A DNA stretch of 64,000 bases from Mobula hypostoma. Lineage: Eukaryota. The notes under the pieces were generated by a model. The model made no database searches. It was not told the DNA's origin and saw nothing but the letters and a program-made list of their open reading frames with translations. The stretch's first letter is position 1. Each line of letters starts with the position of its first letter. A program made the translations under genes and the position numbers. This document shows positions 12,241 to 25,400 of this stretch, in pieces. Where the stretch lies: positions 253,582,001 through 253,646,000 of the forward strand of contig NC_086097.1 of NCBI RefSeq assembly GCF_963921235.1, in the 5' to 3' direction.

Positions 12241-12480
12241 GGACCACAGTGACCCGGAGAGTTTTATGCTCTTGGTAGGGTCACCCATGCCACCCAGGCC
12301 AAAGGGTTGAGGCCAGACTAAGAGTGGTCCACCGATCCTCCAGGTTCGGGGGTTCAGCTCAGGGCTAACAACCCTGACTGGTAAAAACAAAATTATTACA
12401 GGAACAGCAATGAAGAATCCTTCTATATCTGAGTGTGACAGTGTTTCTGACTTTCCACCCAGGACGTGCATGACTGCAAA
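12241..12480 (+). mobile_element. RTE-clade LINE 5'-UTR-like fragment
   Basis: GGACCAC...GGTAGGGTCACCCA...CCAGACTAAGAGTGGTCCAC...GGGCTAACAACCC resembles RTE (BovB/Expander-type) 5' regions from memory; no ORF follows. Confidence 0.5.
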
Positions 12481-13287
12481 CTGAGAGCAAGCTACTGGCA
12501 GGCAGTAGTGAAGTATTTTGCATCATTGAGAACCCTGACCCAGTAAATAATTCTGAATCAGAATCAGAATCAGGTTTAATACCTCTGGCTTATGTTGTGA
12601 AATTTCTTGTTATGTGGCAGCAGTACATTGCAAAATGAGGTAATAAAGAGCTGTAAATTACAATTAGAAGTTTTTATATATATATATATTTAAAGAGTTA
12701 AATTAAATGAGTCATGCAAAAAGACAAAAAAAAGTGGCGGAGGTGTATGTGAGTTCATTGTCCATTCAGAAATCTGATGGCAGAGGGGAAGAAACTGTTC
12801 ATGAATTATTGAGTGTGTGCCTTGAATAGATTATAAAAAAAAGTACAAAAACAGAAATACTTTTTTTAAAGAAAGTGAGGTAGTGGCCAATCAATGTCCA
12901 TTTAGGAATCGGATGGCAGAGGGGAAGAAGCTGTTCCTGAATCGCTGAGTGTGTGCCTTCAGGCTTCTGTACCTCCTCCCTGATGGTAACAGTGAGAAAA
13001 GGGTTAGGGCTGGGGCTAGGGCTTGTTGACTACAAGATTGTTGTTGTGTCATCTCAGTTGAGTATTTTGTGTTGTTGCCCTGGATTTCAGCATCTGCGGT
13101 ATCTCTTGTGTTTACTATTTTTGGATGACTTATTTATATTGCTATATTTATACTCTATTCTTGGTTGGTGCAACTGTAACGAAACTCAATTTCCCTCGGG
13201 AACAATAAAGTATGTCTGTCTGTCTGTCTATTGTTTTATAATTTTTCCTTTGTCAGTGAAAATGAACCTGATTCTGATTCTTTCACT

Positions 13288-13575
13288 GTGGTAGCGTAGC
13301 CGTTAGTGCAGTGCTATTACGCTCGGGACGTTGCAGTTCAGAGTTCATTCCCAGCATCCTCTGCAGGACATTGTACGTCCTCCCCGTGACTGCTGGGTTT
13401 CTTCCAGGGGCTCTGGTTTCCTCTCATGGTACAGAGGTGTATCAGGCAGTAGGTTAGGCAGTCATTGTAAATTGCCCTGTGATTAGGTTTGGGTTAACTA
13501 GCTCAGTTGCTGGGTGGCGTGACTTGAAGGGTCGTAAGGGCCTGTTTGCCTGTTTCCCTGTATCTCCAAATAAAA
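13288..13575 (+). mobile_element. tRNA-derived SINE
   Basis: 'gtggtagcgtagccgttag...gagttcattccc' A/B boxes; ends 'ctgtatctccaaataaaaa'; homologous to 25120-25400. Confidence 0.7.
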
Positions 13576-14261
13576 ACATAAATAAATTTCTCCAAGTATG
13601 TTAGAAGTTCAAAGTAAAATTTATTATCGGAGTACGTGCAAGTCACCACACACAACCCTGAGGTTCTTTTTCCTGCTGGCTTGCTTAGCAAATCTATCGA
13701 ACTGTAATTAAACAGGATCAATGAATAACAAACTGCACAAATGCAAATGTAAGTAAATAGCAATAAATAACAAGAGCATGAAATAGCAAGAAACTTTGAA
13801 ATGAGACCATCGGTTGTGGGAACACCAGAAGTAGGATGAGTGTAGTCATCCCCTTTTGTTCAGGAGCCTGATGGTTGAGGGGTAGGAACTGTTCTTGAAC
13901 CTGGTGGTGCAGGTCCTGAGGCTCTTGTACCTAACCTTCCTCCTGATGGCAGAGTGGCCTGGGTGAATACTGCTTTTCTATGACAACATCTCATATAGAT
14001 GTGCTCAACGGTAAACCAATTCTGAGTCTTTCTCCTCTCATTGCACACCTCACCCCCAGCAAGCTTTCCGTTGTCATGAAGCTAACCTGCAGGACCAATT
14101 GGAAAGGCTTCGGCCTACAAATCTGCATTCCATGGCCGGTGATAGAGAAAGTAGCTGAGTTGTGTGTGCTGATTATGTTGTGCCTCCACCTTCCCTGAGA
14201 GATCTAGCAGCGATTAAATCCTGTGTGGTTGCAATTTTACAGATCTGCAGTTAAATCATCA

Positions 14262-14822
14262 ACCCAAGAGATTCTGCAGATACTGGAAATCCAGAGCAAC
14301 ACACACAGAATGCTGGAGGAACTCAGCAGGTCAGGCAGCACCTACGGAGGAGAAATAACAGTTGATGTTTCGGGTCAAAACCCTCCATCAGGACTGGAAA
14401 GGAAGGAGGAAGACGGCAGAATAAGGGGGTGGGGGGGGGAGGAAGGAGGACAAGCTGGCAGGTGAGAGGTGAGACCAGGTGAGGGGGTAGGTGGGCGATG
14501 AAGTGAGAAGCTGGAAGGTGATGGGTGGAAAAGGTAAAGGGCTGAAGAAGGAATCTGATAGAAGAGGAGAGTGGACTATGTAAGGAAGGGAAGGAGGAGG
14601 GGAACCAGAGGGAGGTACTGGGCAGGTGAGGAGTGTAGAAGGGGTGAGATGGGAGCCATCATGGGGAACAGAAAGAGAGCAATTACCAGAAGCTGGAGAA
14701 ATCGAAGTTAATGCCGTCAGATTGGAGGCTATCTAGATGGAATATGATCTGTGGCTCCTCCAACTCTGACAGTGGCCTCATCGTGTCAGAAGTGGAGGCC
14801 GTGGACTAACATTCCAGAATGG
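14262..14822 (-). mobile_element. Penelope-like element 3' fragment
   Basis: rc has the GIY-YIG C-terminal remnant, purine-rich UTR and degenerate hammerhead (rc cagtcCTGATGGagggttttgacccGAAAcatcaactg). Confidence 0.75.
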
Positions 14823-14987
14823 GAAGATTCAAGATTTTAATGTCATTTCCAGTCACAAGTATAAAGGAGAATGAAATAATTGTTACTCCAGATCGGATGC
14901 AGCACAAAAAAAACACAATAAGGTAAAGAACACGATAATATAATACTAATAAAACACAGAATAAATATAAATACAATAGATAGCTTA

Positions 14988-15604
14988 CGAGGGGTGATTG
15001 ATAAGTTCATGGCCTAAGGTGGAAGGAGCCAATTTTAGAAAACCTAGCACGTTTATTTTTCCTACATTTACACACTTAGTCCAGCGGTCGTGGAGCATAC
15101 GGATCCCTTCTTTGTAGAGGTCGGTGTCTTGGACCTCCAGAAAGTGGTCCACAGCAGGGGTGATTAATAAGTTTGTGGCCTAAGGTAGAAGGAAATGAGG
15201 AGAAACTTCAAACTTTCTGCATCTTCACTTGAGTTGAACGAGAGTGTGTAACGAGAGCTGTGTAACTCATCTCCTTCTACCTTAGGCCACAAACTTATCA
15301 ATCACCTCTGCTGTGGACCACCTGGAGGTCCAAGACGCTCTCATAACATGCACGTGCAGTTCAACTCTTTGAGTGATAATGCAGAAGGTTTGAAGTTAAT
15401 AATTCATCTCCTTCTACCTTAGGCCACAAATTTATCAATCACCCCTGCTGTGGACCATTTCTACAAAGAAGGGATCCGTATGCTCCACGACCGCTGGACT
15501 AAGTGTGTACATATAGGAGGGGACTATGTTGAAAAATAAATGTGCTAGGTTCTCTAAAATTGACTCCTTCTACCTTAGGCCATGAACTTATCAATCACCC
15601 CTCA
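14988..15604. mobile_element. Mariner-derived MITE
   Basis: TA|CGAGGGGTGATTGATAAGTT...AACTTATCAATCACCCCTCA|TA; 15459-15539 translates FYKEGIRMLHDRWTKCVHIGGDYVEK*, like a mariner transposase C-terminus. Confidence 0.9.
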
Positions 15605-16390
15605 TATACAGAGACATAGATTGTATGTCCATAAAGTGACGCTGGGCTTTACCTGACGTAAATGGTGGGTCATAATAAAAATAATGGTGGAGGTGTTGAT
15701 CAGCCTCACTGCTTGGGGAAAGTAACTGTTTTTGAGTCTGGTGGTCCTGGTGTGGATGCTACGTAGCCTTCTCCCTGATGGGAGTGGGACAGACAGTCCA
15801 TGAGCAGGGTGGGTGGGATCCCTCCTGATGGATCTTCTCTGGCACGTTTCTATATATTTGTCATTGATGGTGGACAGGCCAGACCTGGTGGTGCGTTGAG
15901 CAGTTTTGTATATTTGTCCTTGGTGGATAGGCCGGTGCCAGTAATGCATTGGGCAGTTTTGATCACCTGTTGTAGAGTCTTCCTGTCTGCCTCAGTGCAG
16001 CTCCCAGACATTGCAGTGATGTAGCTTGTGAGGATGCTCTCCACTGCGCATCTGTAGAATGATGTGAGTATGGATACACAATCATGAACTGTAGAGACTT
16101 TGAAAGTGAGTCCGTAGGTTGTGGAATCTGTTCAAGGTTAAGGCGAGTGATATTGCCAGGTGGTTCTAGAGTAATAACTGTTCCCAAACCTGGTGGTTTG
16201 GGACCCAGGACTCCTGTACCTTCCTCCTGCTGGTAGCAGTGAGAAGAGAGCATGGCCTGGGTGGCCGATGCTGCTTTCTTGTGGCTCTGTGCCTTGTAGA
16301 TGTGTGCAGTGGTGGGAAGATCTTTGCTTGTGATGGACTGGGCTGTATCCACCATCTTCTGTAGACTTTTTCATTCCTGGGCACGTGTGT

Positions 16391-16567
16391 TTCCATACCA
16401 GACCATGATAACTGGTCCAGTGTTGGTCCTGGGCACTGGTGTTTCCACACCAGACCCCCAGGACGACTGGTCCAGCTTTGGTCCTGGGCACTGGTATTTC
16501 CACACCAGACCATGATGACTGGTCCAGTGTTGGTCCTGGGCACTGGTGTTTCTATACCAGACCATGA
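16391..16567. repeat. About 53-bp tandem repeat, about 3.3 copies
   Basis: ttcca(t/c)accagacc...actggtccag..ttggtcctgggcactggt units at about 16391, 16443, 16498, 16550. Confidence 0.85.
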
Positions 16568-17087
16568 GAGCTGGTGTAGCATTACTCCTGTTTTCATTGT
16601 GATTCCTAAGCTGACTGTAATGTAATCATAGCCGGACTTGAGCATGACACAGAACAAATGGTCAAGCCATTTTTAGTGTTTGTTTCTGAGAAACCATAAC
16701 CTCGGGTGGTTTTGTTAGGGGGTTCTTTCCTAACATTCCCCTCCTGTTAACACGCTGTATAATAAAATTATAAAATTATAAAATAGAAACACAGAAAACC
16801 TACAGCACAATACAGGCCCTTCGGCCCGCAAAGCTGTGCTGAACATGTCCTTACCTTAGAAATTACCTCCGGTTATTTAATATTATTAATATTTAATGAT
16901 ATTTTCTATTTGCAGTAATCTTTGATGTAACTGAAAATATCTTAAGAAAAAGATTAGCTTTATCTGTTACATGTACTCAAGGCATAGAGTAAAATTTGTT
17001 GGTATGCGTCAATGACCAACACAGTCCAAGGGTGTGCTGAGGGCAGCCCTCAAGTGTTGCCACACCGCCAGCAGGGCAATACACCGT

Positions 17088-17866
17088 AAGACCATAAGAC
17101 ATGGGAGCAGAATTAGACTATTTGGCCCATTGAGTCTGCTCCACCGTTCAATCATGGCTGATCATTTTCCCCTCCTCAGCCCCACTGCCTGCCCTTCTCC
17201 CTGTATCCTTTGGTGCCATGTCCAATCAAGAACCTATCAATCTCTGCCTTAAATACACCCAACAACCTGGCCTGGCTGCCTGTGGTAATCAGTTCCACAA
17301 ATTCACCACACTCTGGCTAAAGGAATGTCTCTGCGTCTGTTTAAAATGGACACTCCTCTATCCTGAAGCTGTGCCCTCTTGTCCTAGATTCCCCCACCAT
17401 GGGAAACATTCTTTCCACATCTACTCTGTCTAGGCCTTTCAATATCTGAAAGGTTTCAATGAGATCCTCCCCATCCTTCTGAATTCCAGTGAGTACAGAC
17501 CCAGAGCCATCAAATGTTCCTTGTATGATAACCCTTTCATTCCTGGAATCATCCTTGTAAACCTCCTCTGGACCCTCTCCAATGTCAGCACATCTTTTCT
17601 TAGATGAGGAGCCCAAAACTGTTCACAATACTCAAGGTGAGGCCTCACCAGTGCCTTATAAAACCTCAGCATCACATCCTTGCTCTTGTATTCAACACCT
17701 TTTGAAACGTGCTAACATGACATTTGCCTTCCTCACCACCGACTCAACCTGCAAGTTAACCCTTAGTTTGTTCTGCACAAGGACTCCCAAGTCCCTTTGC
17801 AACTCAGATTTTTGGATTTTCTCCCCATTTAGTAAATAGTCTGTACATTTACTTCTACTATCAAAG
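17088..17866 (-). mobile_element. CR1 3' fragment
   Basis: ORF 17439-17675 'LRFYKALVRPHLEYCEQFWAPHLRKD'. Confidence 0.85.
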
Positions 17867-18254
17867 GCTGCAAATGAGGACAGTTTGGAGGGATTATGGT
17901 CTGGTGTACTATCACCAAGTTAGTGGCTAGGTTCAACAATAGTTGAAGTGCTCTTCATTGCAAAGGTCTGGAGTTTGGAACTAGGGAAGTTTTGGTTAAC
18001 ATTGACTTCTCTAATTTCCAGGAGCTTTTCCCCTCCCCATTCTGGCTTCCCTCTCATCTCTCCTCTTCTCCACACTTCCCCCTGGTGCCCCCCTGGTTTA
18101 CTCTCCTCTCCTGTCAGATTTCTTCATCTTCAGCCCTTTACCTTTTCCACCTATCACCTCCCAGCTTCTTACTTCATCCCTCCTCCCCCACCCACCCCTC
18201 CTTATTCTGCTGTCTTCTCAGTTCTGATGAGGGGTCAGCCTGAAATATTGACTG

Positions 18255-18941
18255 AGGAGTCCTCCTGCAAGACTCCCAGAAGGTAAATTTTCAAGTTGAA
18301 TGTGTGGTAAAGAAAGCAAATGCAATGTTGGCATTTATTTCAAGGGGAATAGAATATAAAAGCAGGGAGATAATGCTGAGGCTTTATAAGACACTAGAGA
18401 GGCCACACTTGGAGTATTGTCAACAGTTTTGGGCCCTATATCTCAGAAAGGATGTGTTGTCATTGGAGAGAGTCCAGAGAAGGTTCATGAGGATGAGTCA
18501 GGAAATGAAGAGGAGCGTTTGACAGCTTTGGGCCTGTACTCGCTGGAATTTAGAAGAATGCAGTTGGGGGGAATGGATCTCGATGGAACTTACTGAATGT
18601 TAAAAAAGGACTAGATCAGGTGGATGTGGAGAGGATGTTTCCTGTGGTGGGGGTATCCAGAATTAGAGTGCGCAGCTTCAAAACTGTGGGGTGACCCTTT
18701 TGAACAGAGATTTTTTTAGCCAGTGAGTAATGAATCTCTGGAATACTCTGCCACAGACTGTGGAGGTGTATATTTAAGGTGGAAGTTGATTGTTTCCTGA
18801 TCGGACAGGGCATCAAAGGATACGGTGAGAAGGCAGGTGTATGGGATTGAGTGGGATCCGGGATCAGCCACGATGGAATGGCGGAGCAGACTCGATGGAC
18901 TGAATGACCTAATTCTGCTCCTGTGTCTTATGGTCCTATGG
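18255..18941 (+). mobile_element. CR1 3' fragment
   Basis: ORF 18304-18522 'VKKANAMLAFISRGIEYKSREIMLRLYKTL'; tail tcttatggtcctatgg. Confidence 0.85.
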
Positions 18942-21900
18942 TAATGCCCCCTCACATTAGCTATTCCTGCCCTGGGGTAAAATCCCTGGCTGTGCAGTCA
19001 GTCTGTGCCTCTTTTCATCTTGTACACCTTTATCAAGTCACCAGTCGTCCTCCTTCACTCCAGAGAGAAAAGCCCGAGCTGGCTTGCTGCGGTTGGACTG
19101 GTTCAGTCTGTGCCCTGTTGAAGCATCAGTGATTCTTGAGGGGGAGGGCGTCCTTGGCAGGTGTTTGTTGTAGTGGGAGAGTCACAAATTAATGTGCCAG
19201 CTGTGAAGACTGAGGTGTGTTGGTGGACATTCCCTTCAGGGGAGTGAATCTCGGCAGTCCTCAGCCCCGAGCGTGGGGAAGGCCGGATCGTCAGATATAT
19301 TTATAGTGGGGGGGGGGTGCGATAGATAAACATTGAACAATTTGGGAATTAAAGACAATGGGGAAACGACTCATTGAGCTGGTGATCATAATGTATGGTT
19401 GGATAGGTACAAAGGGCCGACTTCTGTTTACTTGCCGTGGATGAAAATTTAAATGCTAGGAATTAGTGTACGATTCCTGTCGCTGACTGTCAGGAGTTTG
19501 TATGTTCTCCCCGTGACCAATTGGGTTTCCTCCAGATGCTCTGGTTTCAAAGACGTACTGGGGAGGGGTGGAGAGATGTGGGCTTGCGATCTTGGTGTCA
19601 AAAGACATAAATGACACACTTCACTGTATATTTTGACATACATGTGAAAGATAAAGCTAATCTTTAATCTTAAAAAAAATTACTGGTTGCAAAGAGCAAT
19701 GTAATGAAACAAAGATAAATTTTGTAAGTAACTCCCAAAGTCTTGTATAATTTATTTTCGCCAGTAAAAACAGTTGGTTTTACGTGTCCTGATTTATTTT
19801 TCAGTTGCTATTTTTGGACTTCCTGATCCTTTTTGATTACTTCCTAAAACTTCCTTTATGAGGAAGCGTTGCGAGAAATGGGAAGTTAACAAGTGTCATG
19901 GGGCTGGTGAATGAGCCATGCAGTTGGCAATAACTCGTAGTGATCTGCTGATCTGAAGCTTATTGGGTTTTGCAAATGCTGAGCTACAGCAAAACAGACT
20001 TTGACCACTAGACCACGACATTCAGCCCATCGATGCCCTCTGGCATTCCATCATGGCTGGATTGTCTATTTATTCATTTTGTTTGTTGGTTTGTTTGTTT
20101 ATTTATTTATTGAGATACTTTTTGGCACTTCGAGCTGTGCTGCCCTGCAATTTCCTGATTTATTCCCAACCTAATTGCGGGACAATTTACAATCACCAAT
20201 TAACTAAACAACTGGCGTGTCTTTGGCCTATGGGAGGTTAGCCATACAGTCACAGGGAGAACATACAAACTCCTTACAGACAGCGGTGGAATTGAACCCA
20301 GCTCGCTGGCACTGTGAAGTGTTGTGCTAACCACTACGCCACCATACTGCCCCTCAGTATTATTATCTGTGGTATTTTTTATACCTCTCAACTCAATCCT
20401 CCTGTCCTTTCCCTGTAACCCTTGATGCCTTTAAAAGGCCTGAACAGATTGGATATGGCAAAGTTATTTCCCATGGTAGGGGAGTCTAGGACAAGAGGGC
20501 ATGACTTCAGGATTGAAAGATGTCCTTTTAGAACTGAGACGCAGAGAAATTACTTTAGTCAGTGGGTGGTAAATCTGTGGAATTTGTTGCCATGAGAGGC
20601 AGTGGAGGCCAAGTCATTGGCAGGGATAGATAGGTTCTTGATTAGCCAGGGCATCAAAGGGTATGGGGTGACGGCAGGGAATTGTGATGACTGGAAGAAT
20701 TGGATCAGCCATGATGGAGCAGACTTGATGGGCCAAATGGCCTACTTCTGCTCCTATATCTTATGATCTTATGGTCTAGTCAAGAGCCTATCAACCTCCC
20801 TTTTAAATATATCCAATGACTTGGTTTCCACAGCTGTCTGTGGCAATGAATTCTACAGATTCACCACCTTTGGCAAAAGAAATTCCTCCTGATCTCTATT
20901 GTAAACGGACAAAGCACTTTCCTGAGGCTGTGTCCCCTGGTTCTAGATTCTCTGTTGATAATATCGCCTCCACATCCACTGTATCGATGCCTTTCAATAT
21001 TCGACTCGTTTCAGTGAGATCCCCTCTCATTCTTGTAAACTCCAGGGCGATTAGGCCCAGAGCCATCAGACACTTTAATTCTTGGAATCATTCTCATGAA
21101 CTTCCTCTTGACAGTCTGCAATGTCAGCATGTCTTCTTCTTAAATAAGGGACCCAAAACTGCTCACAATACTCCAAGCTCGACCTCATCAATGCCTTATT
21201 AAGCCTCAGCATTACGTCCTTACTTTTATATTCTAGACTTCTTGGAAATGAATGCTAACATCACATTTGCTTTCCTTACTATTGCCTCAGCCTGCAAGTT
21301 GACCTTCAGGGAATCCGGCACAAGTACTCAAGACCCTTTGCATCTCTGGTTTTCTAATTTTCTCCCCATTTAGAAAATAGTCTGCACCATAGGGAATTTC
21401 TTTGCCCATTCTCCCAATGTGTCTCAGTCCTTCTACAGACTCCCTGGTTCCTCAGCGCTACCTGCCCCTCCGACTAAGGCCCTTACCATTGTCAGTGATT
21501 CCTCCCATCTGTCCAACAATCTCTTTGACCCCCTACCATCAGGCTGGAGGTACAGTGGCGTTAGGACAAGGACTCTTAGGATACCTTGCTTTATAGAGTG
21601 TCTGAGCTGTTGGGCAATAGAGGATGGTAAAAAAAACTGGCCTTTGGGCTGATGAAAGTGCCCAGCTACAAGACTGAATTGGGAAGGTTTGAGTAAAGTT
21701 ACAAAGCTATTGAAACAGAATTGAAACGTAACTTAGATATACATCCTGGACAACAGTTTAAAAGGTTCTGATAAAGGGTCTTGGCCTAAAACATCAATTA
21801 TTAATTCCCCTCCAAAGATGCTGCCTGACCTGTTGAGTTTCCCTTGCATCTTCAAGATTCAAGATTGTTTAATGTCATTTCCAGTACAAAGGAGAACAAA

Positions 21901-22393
21901 ATAATTGTTACTCTGGATCTTATGCAGCTCAAAAAAACACAGTAAGATAAAGAACACTATAATAATTAAAATACATAATATATATTTGGGCCTATCATTG
22001 GATGTGACACTAGATACAGGAGTGTCTGTACATAAGGTGACGGACAGGAAATGATAAAGTAGTGGTGATTGGGGGTGTGGAGGGGTGGGTTAGTGGGTGG
22101 AGGTGTTGATCAGCCTTACTGCTTGGGGAAAGTAACTGCTTTTGAGTCTTGTGTTCCTGGCTTGGATGCTACGTAGCCTCCTCCCTGATGGGAGTGGGAC
22201 ATGAGCAGGGTGGGTGGGATCTTTTCTGTGTGCGTTAGTTTGGATTGTGCAGCATCAGCAGAATCTCTTGTGTTAAATTGCGTTGGAATATGTTCTGGTA
22301 AGCACACCACCATCTCTCTTTCCTGTTGCCTCAGGTCTTTCCTGCATCTCATGCTGCAGCTGATTGTTTTCTCGTGTTTCCTGAATTAGCTTG

Positions 22394-22944
22394 CACGCAG
22401 TGGCCACTTTATTAGGTACACATGTACACCGGCTCGTTAACGCAAATATCTAACCAGCCAATCATGTGACAGCAACTCAACGCATAAAAACATGCAGACG
22501 TGGTCAAGAGGTTCAGATGTTGTTCAGACTAGACATCAGAGTGGGGAAGAGATGTGACCTAAGTGACTTGGACAGTGGAATGATCATTGTTTGAGTTTCT
22601 CAGAAACTGCTGATCTGCGATTTTCACATGCAACAGTCGCTAGAGTTTAGAGAGAATGGTGTGAAAAATTTAAAAAAGCATTCAGTGAGAGCCAGTTCTG
22701 TGCTCGAAAGCGGCTTGTTAATGAGAGAGATCAGAGGAGAATGGCCAGACTGGTTCAAGCTGACAGGAAGGCGACAGTAACTCAAGTAACCATGCATTAC
22801 AACAGTGGTGTGCAGAAGAGCATCTCTGAATGCACAACACTTCGAACCTTGAAGTGGATGGGAGACAGCTGCAGAAACCATGAACATACACTCAAAGGCC
22901 ACTTTATTAGGTACCCCCCTTAATTAGCAAAGTGGTCACGAGTG
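22394..22944 (+). mobile_element. Non-autonomous Tc1-like element with both ends
   Basis: Left TIR cacgcagtggccactttattaggtac, right end aaagtggtcacgagtg|TA; ORF 22741-22923 'MARLVQADRKATVTQVTMHYN'. Confidence 0.8.
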
Positions 22945-24828
22945 TAATTTATTGTGTAATGGAGCTTTATCAGACAGGAAGAGTCCCTGTTCTAGTTGTA
23001 CTTGTTTGGATGTCTTTCTTCTACCAGTTGAAGACATTACTGATGCCTTATCAGACAATCATTTGGACTGAGGGATGTTCAAAATGGCTCAAATAAGTTA
23101 AATTTGTCATCAAAGCAAACCGTACAAAATGCTGGGGGAACTCAGCGGGCCAGGCAGCCTCTGTGGGAATGTATAAACAGCTGACATTTGGAGCCAAGAC
23201 CCTTCATCGGGATAGTAATGGAAGTGGAAAGATGCCGGAGTTAGAAGGTGGGGGGAGGGGAAGGAGGACAAGATGGCAGGTGATAGGTGAGACCAGGTGG
23301 GTGGGGGAGGGGATGAAGTAAGAAGCTGGGAGGTGATAGGTGGAAAAGGTAAAGGGCTGGAGAAGAGGAAGTGTGAGGGGAGAAGAGAGTGGACCTTGGG
23401 AGAAAGGGCAGGAGGAGGGGCGCCGGGGGAGGTGATAGGCAGGTGAGAGGCCACAATGGGCAGTAGAAGGAGGTGGAAGGGACAGGAGGAAATTTACCAG
23501 ATGTTGGTTAAATTGATGTTCATACCATCAGGTTGGAGGCTACCTTGATGGAATAGGAGGTGTTGGTGCTCCACCCGGAGTGGCCTCACTGTGGCCATGG
23601 ACCGATATGTCGGAACAGGAATTAAATGGTTGGCCACAGGGAAGTTCCACTTTTTGTGAATGAAGCCCTAATCCTTTTATCAAAGTGTCTATAGTCACCA
23701 TGTACTACGTTGAGATTAATTTTCTTGCAAGCATCCACAGGAACTACAATTGAATTTATGAAAAACTCTACATAAACAAAGACTGACAAAGATAAATCTA
23801 AAAAAGAAAACAAATTATGCAAATAATAAAAAAAACTTGTTTTAGGATGTGGTGTAAATGGGCCAGTTTGTCAACGGCAGGAAGGCCAGTGTGACTGACA
23901 CACCGATGGTAGGACAGAAGGGTTTACATGTGTGAAATAGGACACTTGGACGAAGACTCCCAGGAATGTGCGGCACTGGGCTGGTGTAATTGTTAACAAC
24001 CTTGCAGGGCAGTGCTGGGAAGTATCATGTTGTGTGAAGAAGCCTCAGGAGTGAGTGACAGTGAAGAGGAATGTAATCCCTTGGAAAGGAGGGGTGTGGG
24101 GGAAGGGGGGGGGAGGAAGGAAAAACTATATTTTCTGTGTTTATTTTTGTTGCAAGCTTCCTGCATGGTTAAATGTTAGCACAAGTCCCTGATATATTTG
24201 TGTAATTAATGCATAGTTGAAGAATCTTGGGCCTGGTTTTGTTTTGATGTCCAGGATCTGAAGCAGGAAGAAACATAGAAGAGATTTCCTGTCCAGTTTA
24301 ATCCAGTCATGTTGTGAATGGGCCGGGTGAAACCCGAGCACAAGCTATCCCTTGTGAGGCTGCCGAGCTTGGAATGTGCTGCTGGCCGACAAAATGCTGC
24401 TGTGCTGTGAAACCCACTTTTTCCACCCACGTTCCAGTCCATCTCATATAAGCATAACGAAACAAAAGGTGTTTTTAAGTTAAATTTTAGATCAAAAACC
24501 TGCAACCATTTAATATAATATTGACATGCCCCTGTGTCTGCCCCCTCCGTGGATCAGTTATGTTGCTGGATGCACTGCTTTGCCTGAATTCCGTCTTATT
24601 GGAGAGTGATTTTTTTCCCCTAACTACAACTTTATTAATTTGTTACCATCATAGCTTTTTCATAGTCATAGTCATACTTTATTAATCCCGGGGGAAATTG
24701 GTTTCTCGATGTTGTTTCAGTGCATTAATGGTGCCACTCTGTTAGTTTAAATTCCGATTTAAAATGTTTACCTCACTAACGCTGCCAAAGGAAAACTTCA
24801 CTCTGGTCTTACAGCTGCACTTGTCCCT

Positions 24829-25061
24829 TGTTCCACTGGGCACCCCGGAATTCCGTTCTAAAACTTTTCCTATCCCTGTTCCACTGCGCACCCCGGGATT
24901 CCTTTCTAATACTTTCCCTCTCCCTGTTCCACTGCGCACCCCGGGATTCCTTTCTAAAACTTTCCCTCTCCCTGTTCCACTGGGCACTCCGGAATTCCTT
25001 TCTAAAACTTGCCCTATCCCTGTTGCACTGCGCACCCCGGGATTCCTTTCTAAAACTTTCC
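24829..25061. repeat. 48-bp minisatellite, about 5 copies
   Basis: Units at 24829, 24877, 24925, 24973, 25021 (tgttccactgcgcaccccgggattcctttctaaaactttccctctccc). Confidence 0.95.
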
Positions 25062-25119
25062 GAAGTGGTTGAAGTTAACTGCAAGGTACAAATGCTCTTA
25101 ACCAGACCTTCGACACAGA

Positions 25120-25400
25120 GTAACGTAGCGGTTAGCGCGGCACTATTACAGCTCTGGGTGTTCCCGAATTCAGAGTTCAGTTCCGGCACTGTCTTTGAGG
25201 AGTTAGTACGTCCTCCACGTTGACAACGTGCGTTTCCTCCGGGTGCTCCAGTTTCCTCCCGGAGCCCAAAGACGTACCAGTTAGAAGGTTAATTATTCAT
25301 CAGAAATTGTCCGATAAATTGACTGGTTAGATAGGCAGGTTGCCGGGCGGTGCAGCTCGTTGGGTAGAATCTGTGCTGTATCTCTAAATATAAATAAAAA
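25120..25400 (+). mobile_element. tRNA-derived SINE
   Basis: 'gtaacgtagcggttagcg...gagttcagttcc...ggtgctccagtttcctcc...ctgtatctctaaatataaataaaaaa'. Confidence 0.7.

Noticed and set aside
12241..12380. Canonical HDV-like, twister or hairpin ribozyme
   Set aside because: Despite GCTAA/GACTAA and TCCTCC motifs, I could not build the required helix order; kept only as an unclassified structure
13288..13360. tRNA genes at SINE heads
   Set aside because: A/B boxes only, no cloverleaf, and each continues into a shared SINE body
24742..25223. ORFs with 16-aa repeats on both strands
   Set aside because: By-product of a 48-bp unit; open in several frames with no splice or homology support
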